Both the position numbers and the translations under genes were made by a program. The notes below the pieces were generated by a model. That model had not been told where the DNA came from. It was given only the letters and a program-made list of their open reading frames with translations, and did not search any database. Below are positions 23,992-36,597 of a DNA stretch of 64,000 nt, piece after piece. Position 1 is the stretch's first letter. Each line of letters opens with the position of its first letter. The DNA comes from Eledone cirrhosa. Taxonomy: Eukaryota. The stretch is from NCBI GenBank assembly GCA_964016885.1, contig OZ024741.1, forward strand, positions 13,144,001 through 13,208,000. The letters are read 5' to 3'.

Positions 23992-25325
23992 GATAGCAAC
24001 TAACAGTGCTGCGATCGAATGTGGCTTTTTAGCCCAGCCAATGATCCAAAATGTCTTGCACAGAGTCGGCAACCAAAACATTTACTGGGAATAGTCGGCT
24101 GTGGTTGGAGTTCGTGTACTTTTGCATGTCGCTTGAGTCCTCCTGCTGATTTACATTCTCTACCACATGTTTGGCAAGCATGATGAGTAGCATCTCCAAC
24201 AGCAGCCTGGTAGTCAACCACTGGTCTTACTTTATGACTGCGAAGATGACTTTCGAGTCCAGCTTTGCTTAGGCAGAGTCTCGCACAGACGCTGCATGTC
24301 AGAAACATAGGAGGACCCTCGCCGTCTGGAAGTGCAACAGCAATACCCTTCCTCACGTCCCGCTTTACTTTCTCGTGTGCGATTCGAGATGCCTCAAAGG
24401 CAACTTTTCCCTCATATACAGTCTTTCTCCATTTATTACGATCAGCAGCAATATTTTCCCATGTATCAGCAGAGATGTTAGCGTCTTTCAGAGAGGCCTT
24501 CAAGGAATCCTTATACCTCTTTTTTGGTTTATGTGGCGGTCGTTTTCCTTTAACCAACTCTCCATAGAAGAGTTGTTTTGGTATTCTAGAATCCTTCATC
24601 CTGGCAAGGTGACCACTCCAACGGAGTCGCTGCTTAAGCACAAGAGCTTCTATACTGTCACACATAGAGCTTTCCAAAATCTCGACATCACTGATGTGGT
24701 CCCTCCAGCGAACGCCATGTATCCGTCTGAGACACATCTGATGGAAACGCTCCAATTGCTTAAGGTGGCGTCGATATGTGACCCAGGTCTCGCAGGCATA
24801 AAGAAGACAAGAGAGTACACATGCCCTGTACACCTTTACCTTTGTCCTCCTGCATATGTCTCGCCGACCCCAGAGTCGCCTTTCTAGCTTTCCGAAAGCA
24901 TCACTTGCTTTCCTAATCCTAAGTGAGATTTCACTGTCAAGGTTGCCGTATCGATTGACAGTGCTTCCCAGGTAGACAAACTGATCAACCACTCCAAGTC
25001 GTTTGCCATACACATAGATGTTTGGTTCAGTGTACTGCCTACCAGGTGCAGGTTGGTACATGACGACGGTTTTCTTGAGACTGACAGTCAAACCCAGGGC
25101 AGTGCAAGCGTCAGAAAATACATTCAAAATGTGCTGCATATCACTCTCTGTGTGCGCTACAAGATCGCAATCATCTGCATACAAGAGGTCTCTTATGACT
25201 GATGTAAATACTTTTGTCTTCGCAGCAAAGCGCCTGATGTTAAATATGCTGCCTGAGGTTCGATATCGGATGTAAACACCATGCTCGCAATTCCTGAATG
25301 CAACACAGAAAACCATTGCAAAGTA
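23745..25325 (-). mobile_element. RTE-clade LINE, 5'-truncated, open frame ~25325-24000 ending in three C2H2-type fingers
   Basis: IRDLLYADDC, FVYLGS, LLYACETW, LRWSGHLARM, RIPKQLFYGEL; 3' end TGGCCATACTCGATAACGAG..GCAGCCATCATCA. The N-terminal MYVC repeats of the track ORF come from flanking (TATG)n. Confidence 0.93.
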
Positions 25326-25330
25326 TATAG

Positions 25331-25361
<31 letters not shown>

Positions 25362-25511
25362 CATACATACATATATACATACATACATACATACATACAT
25401 ACATACATACATACATACATACATACATACATACATACATGCATATATACATACATTCATACATACATACATGCATACATACATACATTCATACATACAT
25501 ACATTCATACA

Positions 25512-26111
25512 TGGTGGCTGCCAACTCGTTTTCGAGTACGGCCACTACTTTATATCCATGTAGGAGAACCCCCACCGATGCGCTGAACAAGTATGACTTA
25601 TTAGTCCAGCCAGCGACTCTGGTACAAACACTACACTTGTGACAATTATTGACACATATTGCTGGGCCCATGGTACCATGTGACGACAAGTGCAGAGAGA
25701 TCTCCAGATATAAAGCAATGCCTGTGCCGTGAAGCTTTTATAGTGAGCAAAGGCACTGCACAAAGCCAGTCCCATTCTCTTAACCAAGATGATATTTACC
25801 AAAAAGAAGAACAAGTCAACATCATTGGATACCATCAGGGTTGTAGGTGTTATATCAGAGTTTTCCTTCTCCTAAAATTCTGCCTTGACAAAGGCTAAGG
25901 GGTCATCTCTCCCGGTGATTTTGGATGGGCATTGACTCTTAAGAGCTCCTTTGCCCTTTGACAGGTTTTGTTTTTAGTCCTGCAGGATGTCCAAAGTCAC
26001 CCTCCTCACCAAGAAACCTTGGTGGGTTGCCAGTTTAGTCGCCAACGACCCGACCATGAGACAGGTTGTACTTGGATACATGTTACCAGTAGCACCGACT
26101 GGTGACCTGAC
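25512..26111 (-). mobile_element. ~600-bp non-autonomous RTE-related element, copy 1
   Basis: RTE-like 5' UTR (TGGCGACTAAACTGGCAACCC) and a 3' end TGGCCGTACTCGAAAACGAGTTGGCAGCCACC resembling that of the adjacent RTE; a second full copy lies at 60481-61091; both sit in (CATA)n. Confidence 0.78.
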
Positions 26112-26178
26112 ATACACATATATACACATACCTACATACATACATATACACTGTCCTGTGTTTTTCCTCTCTATATTG

Positions 26179-26234
<56 letters not shown>

Positions 26235-26381
26235 TATTTTCCGTTGTGTTGTAATATAAATATTACACACAGTAGATTATCAGCTCACGTAGAGTTTGCT
26301 CGACGGTTCCAGTTGTAGTTCCAAAAGTAATCCGGAGAAAAATAGAAAGATTTGAATAGATACAGTTTAGTTGAAAGGAAT

Positions 26382-26498
26382 TTATTGACACGTGTTTCTA
26401 TAACAGTTACATAACCTAAAACAGCTATCTACAAACTTTTAGTTATGCAGACATTCAATATTTCAATGTTATTATTTACTGTCATTTCATCAGAATAA
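26382..26498 (-). ncRNA. Type-I hammerhead ribozyme with enlarged stem II (left-arm copy)
   Basis: Reverse complement of 28555-28671. Confidence 0.75.
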
Positions 26499-27089
26499 TA
26501 TTACTGAGGACCTATTTAGTTTTTATAGAGAATATTAGGAGGGAGGGGTGAAGTTGTTAGAAGAATAGTTGAAGGAGTGGTTTTTCGATAGCAGTGAGAA
26601 TTCTTGGTGGCAGTGAGTAATTAGATTCCCATCTGTTGTTTTGACATTTTTTATAGAATATATTATTGGTTATTTTTCTAAATCTATAGAAGGATTAGAG
26701 ATAGTAAAGATATGCGTGGTTGGTTTTGTGTTTGCACTTAACATTCAGACTTAAATTTTTCTTTCAAGTGTAGTATTCTTTCACCCACGCATTCACACAC
26801 AAATATATTTGCACACCTCTACAAAATACATATACTCACAATTCACATATTCATACTTACATATATATACACATGCATACACATATATATACACACATGT
26901 ATTCATGTACATACATACGCGCTCATGTGTATACATTTTCATACTCAACTTATCTTTATATATACACACGTATAGACACACACATATATACATACATACT
27001 CTAGTCCATGTGTACACACATACACATACATACACATCCACATACACATACATACATACATATATATATATACATATATATACACACAC

Positions 27090-27134
<45 letters not shown>

Positions 27135-27989
27135 TATACATATACACACATACACATATACACACATACACACACACATATATATATATATAAGCACTTT
27201 AATACATGAATACACTTACATCTAACTATACACATCAAACATATATATATATTTACTTATCTATATACATTTTCACATATATATACATACTTATGGACGT
27301 TTTTAGACACATTCATTATCGCATATTTGTACCTATTCTCATCAGCATATCTTTTCATTATTAGTATGGTAATTTAAGGTTATTAATATATGTTGAGAAG
27401 AGATTGTTTTTATATTTTTCTAACTAGATTAAGGTTTATATAGTTGGGGGATGTCCCTCTTTTATGTAATATTCTGCTTGTAGTGGGAAAAAAGGGTTTT
27501 AGTTCTGTGACGGCAGAATAATGTTCGTTCAATTCTGTTATTCAGCAGTTTCTTCTTGTGTGTGATTATGTAATAAATCTCAAGATTACACAATTTGCAG
27601 AAATTTTGGCTCCTGGAAAAGCTTTGGGTTTTAGCTAATTTTTCCCATTTTAGGGTAAACTTTTGATTGCTATCCCTGAGCGTCCAAGCTTTTTCTGCTA
27701 AAGTTGTTACATAAAAACAATCTCTTCTCAACATATATTAATAACCTTAAATTACCATACTAATAATGAAAAGATATGCTGATGAGAATAGGTACAAATA
27801 TGCGATAATGAATGTGTCTAAAAACGTCCATAAGTATGTATATATATGTGAAAATGTATATAGATAAGTAAATATATATATATGTTTGATGTGTATAGTT
27901 AGATGTAAGTGTATTCATGTATTAAAGTGCTTATATATATATATATGTGTGTGTGTATGTGTGTATATGTGTATGTGTGTATATGTATA

Positions 27990-28036
<47 letters not shown>

Positions 28037-28554
28037 GTGTGTGTATATATATGTATATATATATATGTATGTATGTATGTGTATGTGGATGTGTATGTAT
28101 GTGTATGTGTGTACACATGGACTAGAGTATGTATGTATATATGTGTGTGTCTATACGTGTGTATATATATGTGTATGCATGTGTATATATATGTAAGTAT
28201 GAATATGTGAATTGTGAGTATATGTATTTTGTAGAGGTGTGCAAATATATTTGTGTGTGAATGCGTGGGTGAAAGAATACTACACTTGAAAGAAAAATTT
28301 AAGTCTGAATGTTAAGTGCAAACACAAAACCAACCACGCATATCTTTACTATCTCTAATCCTTCTATAGATTTAGAAAAATAACCAATAATATATTCTAT
28401 AAAAAATGTCAAAACAACAGATGGGAATCTAATTACTCACTGCCACCAAGAATTCTCACTGCTATCGAAAAACCACTCCTTCAACTATTCTTCTAACAAC
28501 TTCACCCCTCCCTCCTAATATTCTCTATAAAAACTAAATAGGTCCTCAGTAATA

Positions 28555-28671
28555 TTATTCTGATGAAATGACAGTAAATAATAACATTGAAATATTGAAT
28601 GTCTGCATAACTAAAAGTTTGTAGATAGCTGTTTTAGGTTATGTAACTGTTATAGAAACACGTGTCAATAA
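28555..28671 (+). ncRNA. Type-I hammerhead ribozyme with enlarged stem II (right-arm copy)
   Basis: TTATT-CTGATGA-A-ATGACAGT...ACTGTTAT-A-GAAA-CACGTG-TC-AATAA. Confidence 0.78.
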
Positions 28672-28705
28672 ATTCCTTTCAACTAAACTGTATCCATTCA
28701 AATCT

Positions 28706-28756
<51 letters not shown>

Positions 28757-28764
28757 TATATACA

Positions 28765-28820
<56 letters not shown>

Positions 28821-28850
28821 TATATATATGTATATATATATATATATATG

Positions 28851-30225
28851 TTTCTTTATTAGCCACAGGGGCACAAAAGAAGGGGATAAATACAAAGGGG
28901 GAAGTTTACATACAATAAAAACGTGTAAAATACTATCACAAATGCAATGTAAAAATTAATCGATTTTCCCCAATAGGGGGAGACATTACATATGGGTAAC
29001 ACATACCCCTGAAAAAAATGTGCAACCCTCATCTCCAGGAGTACAAAGAGTGGGTACCTCTTTCCTCTCTTCCTCTTTTTCCTTAACGTACAGGCTGATA
29101 TAGAGAGAAGGCCCATTCACTCGGGCCATTCTCGCCACTTTCACCCACCTTTCATAAAATTTGCTGGGGTACATCACCTCTCTCTCCAACCTGATTCTTC
29201 TTCCAAAATGATATTTGAAAAAAAAAGAATCAGTTGTTGGCCGGAGTGAAAGGTGTCTGACCTCAGCCCTTTTAACCTCGTCCACCATACAACCTCTTTC
29301 GCCATAGCTATCACACAAAGGAAAACCGCCTCTCCTTCGATTTTGAAGAAGGGTGGCGGTTTGATCATGACAATGGACTCGGTAGTCAACCGGATTGGTC
29401 CCACCCGCGACAATAGTCGTTCTACATAGCCCCACAGGTCAGTAACGCCCGAGCAGTGTACGAATGCGTGCGCGGCGGTTTCTTCGTCTCGCACGCATCT
29501 CGGACAGATCTTTTTCGAAGGCTCGTGCCCGGGCGCCCATGTCTGTAGAGCTTGTCTCGAACTGGTAGAGCTCCTCGGTAGCACTGCCAGGCCAGGGACT
29601 TTTGGAAGTTGTCCATCGGTCCCGGGCAGAAGGTCCTACCGAACAGACTGGTCAGTTCGTTTTCCTCTACGCCTAGAGTTTCTCCGAGCGCGTCGTTGCA
29701 CTTGCTACGGATCAACCCTCTATAGAATTACGAAGTGGAGTCTCCACTGATCGCCGAGTCCGCCTGCTAGAGGGCTGTTAGCGCCTGAGAACATTCGATG
29801 CGCCAGTCGCCCATTTTCCTCGGTCTTTGCTTGACCCAGGACTGCAGCTCCGTCAGCGAAACGAGTCGTGGGAAGGTTCGCCTCACGAACGGGGCCCACA
29901 CCGGTTGTCCGGTGAGGAATACGTGGAGATGCCGCAGCCTGAGTGCGTGTTTGCGCATCGTTAGCCACGGCATCCCCAGCCCTCCGTTGGAATGGTGTTG
30001 GCAGAAGATCGATCTTCTCACCAAAGGAGCCCGCTTCTTCCAAAGGAATTGGAAGAGCGCGCGTTCCATTTTGGTGAGCGTTTTGGCTGGACAAGTCACG
30101 ACGGTCAGGTGGTAGTAGATGACGGACGCTATAAAAGTGTTCGCCACCTCCGCTCGACCTGTCAAGGATAATTTGCACTCGGCCCACTACTGGGTGAGTG
30201 CAAACACCTTGGCCGTCACCTCGTT
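28851..30225 (-). mobile_element. Tx1-clade LINE copy 2, 5'-truncated, within (TA)n
   Basis: ORF2 C-terminus (GGLGMPW, CPRCVRDEETAAHAFVHC); ends GTGGCTAATAAAGAAAC followed by (AT)n; TA-rich sequence on the 5' side. Confidence 0.92.
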
Positions 30226-30303
30226 ATAGATATATATTCATATAGAGTACATATATATATATCTACATATATATAGATAAATATAGATATATATTCATAT
30301 AGA

Positions 30304-30337
<34 letters not shown>

Positions 30338-30341
<4 letters not shown>

Positions 30342-31748
30342 AATGGCGTGCTGCGTGGTTGCACATGGGTTACATATGAATAAAATTAGTCCTTCATCAG
30401 TGATCTTCCAACCTTCATTGGTATTTCTTCGCTTTAAAGGTCATATACCTTTGGTTTGGTGCGAGAAATAACTAAAGAAAGTTATTGGGACACGTAAAAT
30501 AGGGTGAAACGAGAGAGACATGTAAACAAACATAGATAGTAATGCAACGGAAAGAGAGGAAGAGAAGAGACAAGTCCGTGATATCTATGAACTTAAGCTC
30601 GGTGAAATCATAGACGAGAGGTAAAGACCATCCGACCTGGGCGAGATGTGAGCGAGAAAAAGATTTCACAGAGGTCAAACGGGAGGAAGTGAGAGAGGGG
30701 GAGAAGCAGAGAGTGAGTGAGTGAAAGGGTGAGGAAGAGGCCAGCTGAGAGAGAGTGACTGGCTATACCTCTGGTTGGTGCGAGCAACAACTGAAAAAAA
30801 AGCCATTGGGACACGTAAATTAGGGTGAAGCGAGCGAGACATGCAAACAAACGGAGACGGCAATACAACGGAAAGATAGGAAGAGAAGAGACAAGTCCGT
30901 GACATCTATGAACCCAAACTCGGTGAAATCATAGACGAGAGGTAAAGACCATCCGACCTGGGTGAGATGTGAGCGAGAAAAGGATTTCACACAGGTCAAA
31001 CGGGAGGAAGTGAGAGAGGAGGAGAAGCAGAGAGTGAGTGAGTGGAAGTGTGAGGAAGAGGCCAGCCGAAAGAGAGTGACTGGCAGAGGGGGTAACAAGA
31101 AGGTGAGAGGTACAGAGAAAGGGGAAGCAGTAAGAAAGAAACAGACAGGCCGCAGCGGAGGAAAAAATATATATATATGAAAACTGGCGTGCTGCGTGGC
31201 TGCACATGGGTTACATATGAATAAAATTAGTCCTTCATCAGTGATCTTCCAACCTTCATTGGTATTTCTTCGCTTTAAAGATCATATACTTCTGGTTGGT
31301 GCGAGCAATAACTAAAGAAAGTTATTGGGACACGTAAAATAGGGTGAAACGAGAGAGACATGTAAACAAACATAGATGGTAATGCAACGGAAAGAGAGGA
31401 AGAGGAGAGACAAGTCCGTGATATCTATGAACTTAAGCTCGGTGAAATCATAGACGAGAGGTAAAGACCATCCGACCTGGGCGAGATGTGAGCGAGAAAA
31501 GGATTTCACAGAGGTCAAACGGGAGGAAGTGAGAGAGGGGGAGAAGCAGAGAATGAGTGAGTGAAAGGGTGAGGAAGAGGCCAGTTGAGAGAGAGTGACT
31601 GGCTATACCTCTGGTTGGTGCGAACAACAACTGAAAAAAAAGCCATTGGGACACGTTTAGTTATTGCTCGCAGCAACCAGAGGTATATGATCTTTAAAGC
31701 GAAGAAATACCAATGAAGGTTGGAAGAGCACTGATGAAGGACTAATTT

Positions 31749-31750
<2 letters not shown>
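30338..31750. repeat. Nested direct (840-bp and 320-bp offsets) and inverted duplications, probably PLE terminal-repeat derived
   Basis: 30338-30815 recurs at 31178-31655; 30485-30765 recurs at 30805-31083; 31657-31750 is an inverted copy of ~31221-31315; CTGATGAAGGACTAA occurs three times. Confidence 0.75.
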
Positions 31751-31809
<59 letters not shown>

Positions 31810-32095
31810 ATAGATACATATTTTTTGTATATTTTTGAACTTCGACAATTAAATTGACTCCGATTTCTTACATTACACTTCAGTTGTCTTTCCCCCCCCC
31901 CCCCCCCCCCATCTCTCACTGGTATGCTCTCTCTTTTTGCTTGTTTCTTCTCTTCTTGTCTGCTTATCTTTCAATCTATCTCTCTTTTACGTTTGTTCTC
32001 CCTGCTCGAAACTATATATATATAACTATGTTTATATATATATAAACATACATAGTTATATATATATATATAAACATAGTTATATATATATATAC

Positions 32096-32172
<77 letters not shown>

Positions 32173-32298
32173 GTCGGGCTAGATCGATACAGATCGAACC
32201 TTGAACTGATCAGTGGTCAAACGCGCGTCACCAACCAATAAACGTAATGACAGAGTAACCAATCGTCCTTGTTATTTTATTTCACTATATATATATAT

Positions 32299-34540
32299 AA
32301 CTTTGATAACTTTGATAGGTTTCGGCCAGTATTGGCCCAGGCCATGTCTAACTTAATAGCACCACCTGGCGAAGTCTTACAAATTAGTGTTTGGGCACCA
32401 TGGCCCACTCGAGAAGAGAGCTATTGTTTACGGAGGCATATCCGGGTGTAGGAGGCTTATCCGGGGTTTCTTGAAGGAATTTATCCAAAGACTTCTTGAA
32501 CTTGATGGGGTCTGTCTCTGCTTTGATGTGTTTTGGTGTAATGTTAAAGAGTGCAGGGCCAATTGACGTGAAATAATTGTGCCGTATTGTTGTTATGTGA
32601 TGCGAGTGGGATTTTTGTCGTGGGCGGATAGCACGGGGCCCAAGCCTTGGGTGTACACTAAAGGTGATGCCAACATCATTTGGGCTAAGCTGATGGAATA
32701 TCTTCCACATCATACAGATAATGTAGCGCTCACGGCGACGTTGAAGAGAATAAAGTTTGAGCTTTTCTAAAGGACCCCAATAGTCAAGGCCTGTCATTCC
32801 AACTATCTTTTCTGTAATTGACCTTTGGGGTGCTTCAACTTTCATGATACTTTGTTTCGTGTGGGGTGACCACAGTGGACAGCAGTATTCAAGGTGGGGT
32901 CGGGCAAAAGTGGAGAAGAGAAGGACAACAGTGTGGATATCTCTCGACTGGAAAGTTATGAGAATCCAGGAACACATTCTGCGGGCCATATCAACTTTGC
33001 TGTTTATATGAGTGGCCCAGCTTATATTGTTGTCCACAATTACTCCCAGGTCTCTGATGTTATTGGAAGCCACTAGAGTTTCACCCGAAGGAAAAGAGTA
33101 TGGTAGTTTCAGGGCATCCTTTTTTCCAAAGTGGATTAGTTCAAATTTATCCTCATTCAACAGCATATTATTCATCTCTGCCCATTGGATAACAGCCAGT
33201 AGGTCTGACTGAAGGCAAGTCCGGTCACCCATCTCATTGATGACCCTTTGGAGCTTGGAATCATCTGCGAAGATTCTGATGTTACTGTGTTTGATGATGT
33301 CAGTAATGTCATTAATGTAGATGATGAAAAGAAGTGGGCCCAACTGTGGGACGCCACTGCTGACTTTGGCAGGGCTTGATTTTACTCCATCGACTACAAC
33401 ATGCTGGGTTCTGCCTGTCAGGAAAAATTTTATCCACTGTAGTAACCTTCCAGAGACACCAACATTGGATAGTTTTTTCTGTAGAATCTTATGATCAACC
33501 CTATCGAAATCAAGGTAGATGACATCAGTGTTGGAGCCCTCTTCCAAGGCTCTCAAAACATCGTGAAAGTGATGCAGGAGCTGCGTTAGGCAGTCCCTTC
33601 CATTATGGAACCCATGTTGGTTGGAGGTCAGCAGGCCGTTGCTTTCAAGAAAGTGGGTTATTCGTGATATCACCACCCTCTCAAATACCTTGATAATATG
33701 AGAGGTGAGTGAGATCGGACGGTAGTTCACTGCAAGGGACTTATTTCCCTTTTTGAAGACTGGGACAACGGACTGGAACAGAAAGTTTTCAGGAATATAG
33801 CCAGTGTCCAGTGAGTTCCTCCACAGATTAGCAAGAGGAGTTGCAAGTTGGTGTCGACACACCTTCAGGACACAAGCAGGGAACCTGTCGGGGCCTACTG
33901 CTGAATTGTGTTTAATTTCTTTTATTGCCGCTAAGACATCAGGGGCCCCAAACGTTATGTCTGATATAGTGTGTTGGGGGTTAACATCACTGATACGGCC
34001 CAGATCGGCCATATCAGGGTTGCTGAAAACAGAGCAGTATTGTTTCTGCAGTATCTCGCCCATAGTTTTGGCATTGTCCTGGAGTGTGCCATTTTCATCA
34101 ACTAGGGGGCCAACAGTGGAGACGGTGACCTTGTGTTTTTTAGCAAATGTAAAGAACACTTTGGGGTTGAGTTTGATTTTCTCAATGGCCCACCTCTCTT
34201 CAGCTATTCTCTGGTTATTGATGATGGTCATCATGCATTGCTGGAGGTTATATTTTTTTTACTCAAGCAGGGTGATAGCCACTGAATGTGTGAGTTGCTG
34301 TTGGCAGTATTTTAGTGTATTAATTTTTTTGTTTGTTCTTTTTATTTTTCTGATAATTCTTTTTCTGTTTTGGGGGATACTGCACTTTTGTTCAGAGGTT
34401 TTGGTGGGGTGTGTTTTGTACATATATTTGTGACAGTGTCTACAAAGATCTGCCAAGATATTTTGATGTTGGTAGAAGTGTGTGCGTGTGTAAAAGGCCA
34501 GTCGACATGCGATAGTTCGTTCATAATTGCATCCCAGTTA
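32299..34540 (-). mobile_element. CR1/L2-group LINE, 5'-truncated (RT ORF 32384-34234)
   Basis: NYRPISLTS, QHGF, SGVPQ, FADDSK, RDLGV, RPHLEYC..WSP, LYSLQRRRER; tail (TATCAAAGT)2; small in-frame deletions in conserved motifs. Confidence 0.9.
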
Positions 34541-34559
34541 TATATATAATATATATATA

Positions 34560-35439
34560 TATAAATTTAATTTATAATAAATTGGAGTGAAAGCAACTGG
34601 TGCGTGTGTTTCTTATTCGCAACATGACCCAATATATATATATATATATATATTGTTATGCTTTGGGAGGGTCATGTTGCCAATAAGAAACACACGCACC
34701 AGTTGCTTTCACTTCAATTTATTATAAACTAAATTTATAAATTTAAGAATTTATAAATTTCCGGTTGGTTGGTTGGTTCCACAACCAGACGATTGTTCAT
34801 ATATTGTCAAAGTTCTTTCGTCACGCATTCTGTGACCTCTTCAGTGACTGGGGATTCTTTTCTTTGTTTTTGTGCCTCTCCTTTGTTCTGTCCTACGCCA
34901 TCTTGTTTTTGTGTGTGCTGTGTGCTTAGTTTGCGCATGTGTTACACCCGGGTGTCTGTGTGTGTTTATATTTGTTTATTTATTTGTTTATTTACATGTT
35001 ACTGGTTGGTTGTTTGTTCTATGCGTGTGTGTGTTTTCATTTTGTCCTTAATTGTAAGTTGTGATGTTGCTATTCCATTCATGCTTTCTATTTAATTTTG
35101 GTTGGAGTTCATTTATGTTTATTGCCTCTGTGATTTGTCTAAACATTGCGTCTTTTCTGTGTGTAGATTCTATTTTTATTCCTATGTTCTCTAATTTACC
35201 CTTATGTTCTATTTTAGCATGTTGGTGGAGTACAGATGATTCTTTACTATCTTGAAGCTCTCGCCAGTGTTCATTTATCCGTCCCCCTATACTACGAGCT
35301 GCCTCACCTATGTACACTATATTCTTATCTCTACCTTGTCCTTCAGTCCATCTCATGCTATATACTATATTTCTAGTTTTATAGTTAATATCAACACACG
35401 TTTTCAGATAAAGAATCTTGCTAAACAAATTCAGAAACG

Positions 35440-35440
<1 letters not shown>
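34560..35440 (-). mobile_element. Penelope-like element 3' fragment (GIY-YIG, non-Naiad type) with fold-back end
   Basis: IVYIGEAARSIGGRINEH...HQHAKIEH...RQITEAINI...LNRKHEW; ~70-bp inverted repeat 34560-34630 / 34669-34739. Confidence 0.85.
34806..34848 (-). ncRNA. Minimal hammerhead ribozyme motif
   Basis: Minus strand GTCA-CTGAAGA-G-GTCAC-loop-GTGAC-GAAA-GAAC-TT-TGAC; stem III is weak. Confidence 0.7.
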
Positions 35441-35481
<41 letters not shown>

Positions 35482-35519
35482 CGATTGTGTTGTTATTTCT
35501 GTTTACCTTTTACACACAC

Positions 35520-35647
<128 letters not shown>

Positions 35648-35686
35648 TCAAAATATTAACAAAATAGATATTCTTGTGATGAAGTA

Positions 35687-35753
35687 TATTTTATTATACA
35701 TATTTCAGAGGTACTGAGTTAAGTTCAACAGTACGTCCTCATAAGATAAAATA
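35687..35753 (-). ncRNA. Hammerhead remnant with a core mutation
   Basis: Minus strand TTTTAT-CTTATGA-G-GACGTACTG..CAGTACCTC-T-GAAA-TATGTA-TA-ATAAAA. Confidence 0.55.
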
Positions 35754-35977
35754 AGATGATGCATGACATACCCTGACATAGTAGATGGTTAAGATTCAGT
35801 CATGGTAGTGATTAACATATGACAAAACTCAATATTTATACCTTAATATTGAGAACAGGAGAAAAATATATAATACAAAAATATATAATACAAACAATAG
35901 TGTTTAACTTTAAAAAAAAAAAATATATATATATATAGTTGCTAGTATTATCTATATCTATCGGTCGCAACTCCAGG

Positions 35978-36095
35978 TAGAAGGATCAACGTGAAATAGA
36001 GTGTCTTGCTCAAGGACATAACGCATCGCCCGATTCGAACTCATAACATCACGGTTGCGAATCCATTTCTCTAACCACTCAGTCACATGCCTTCA
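35978..36095 (-). mobile_element. 5' part of the first SINE family, with one copy of the satellite progenitor segment
   Basis: Minus strand TGACTGAGTGGTTAG (A box), GAGTTCGAATC (B box), then GGGCGATGCGTTATGTCCTTGAGCAAGACACT. Confidence 0.8.
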
Positions 36096-36115
36096 CACAC
36101 ACAGACACACACACA

Positions 36116-36246
<131 letters not shown>

Positions 36247-36363
36247 TGTTATACTTGGGGAGGTCATATTTGTGTAATATTGCCAGAATTAATAACAGAA
36301 CACACTCACTGTTTGGTTGGTTTTCGCAAAACTAATTCATCGCCGTTATATATATATATATAT

Positions 36364-36549
36364 GGGCGGTGAATTGGCAGTATCGGTAGAGGGTTGGACG
36401 CCATGCTTTCTGACATAGTTACGTCCCTTTACGGTCTGAGTTCAAATCCCGCCGAGGTTGACTTTGCCTTTCATCCTTACGGGGTCGATAAAATAAAGTA
36501 CCAGTAATGCACTGGGTAATTGCTGGCCTTGTGCCTAAAGTAGAAACAG

Positions 36550-36552
<3 letters not shown>
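36364..36552 (+). mobile_element. Full-length Meta-core-like SINE
   Basis: GGGCGGTGAATTGGCAG...GAGTTCAAATCCC...GTGCCTAAAGTAGAAACAG. Confidence 0.88.

Positions 36553-36597
<45 letters not shown>

Larger units (their letters stand above)
26232..28711. mobile_element. Naiad-type PLE 3' fragment with ~1-kb inverted terminal duplication (arms 26342-27413 and 27711-28711)
   Basis: The arms are reverse complements; the spacer encodes a GIY-YIG C-terminus on minus (TTLAEKAWTLRD..WEKL..CKLCNLE..LLNNRIE..FCRH). Confidence 0.85.

Noticed and set aside
24000-25508. 502-aa host zinc-finger gene
   Set aside because: The body is RTE reverse transcriptase and the start derives from (TATG)n; an RTE-type 3' end follows.
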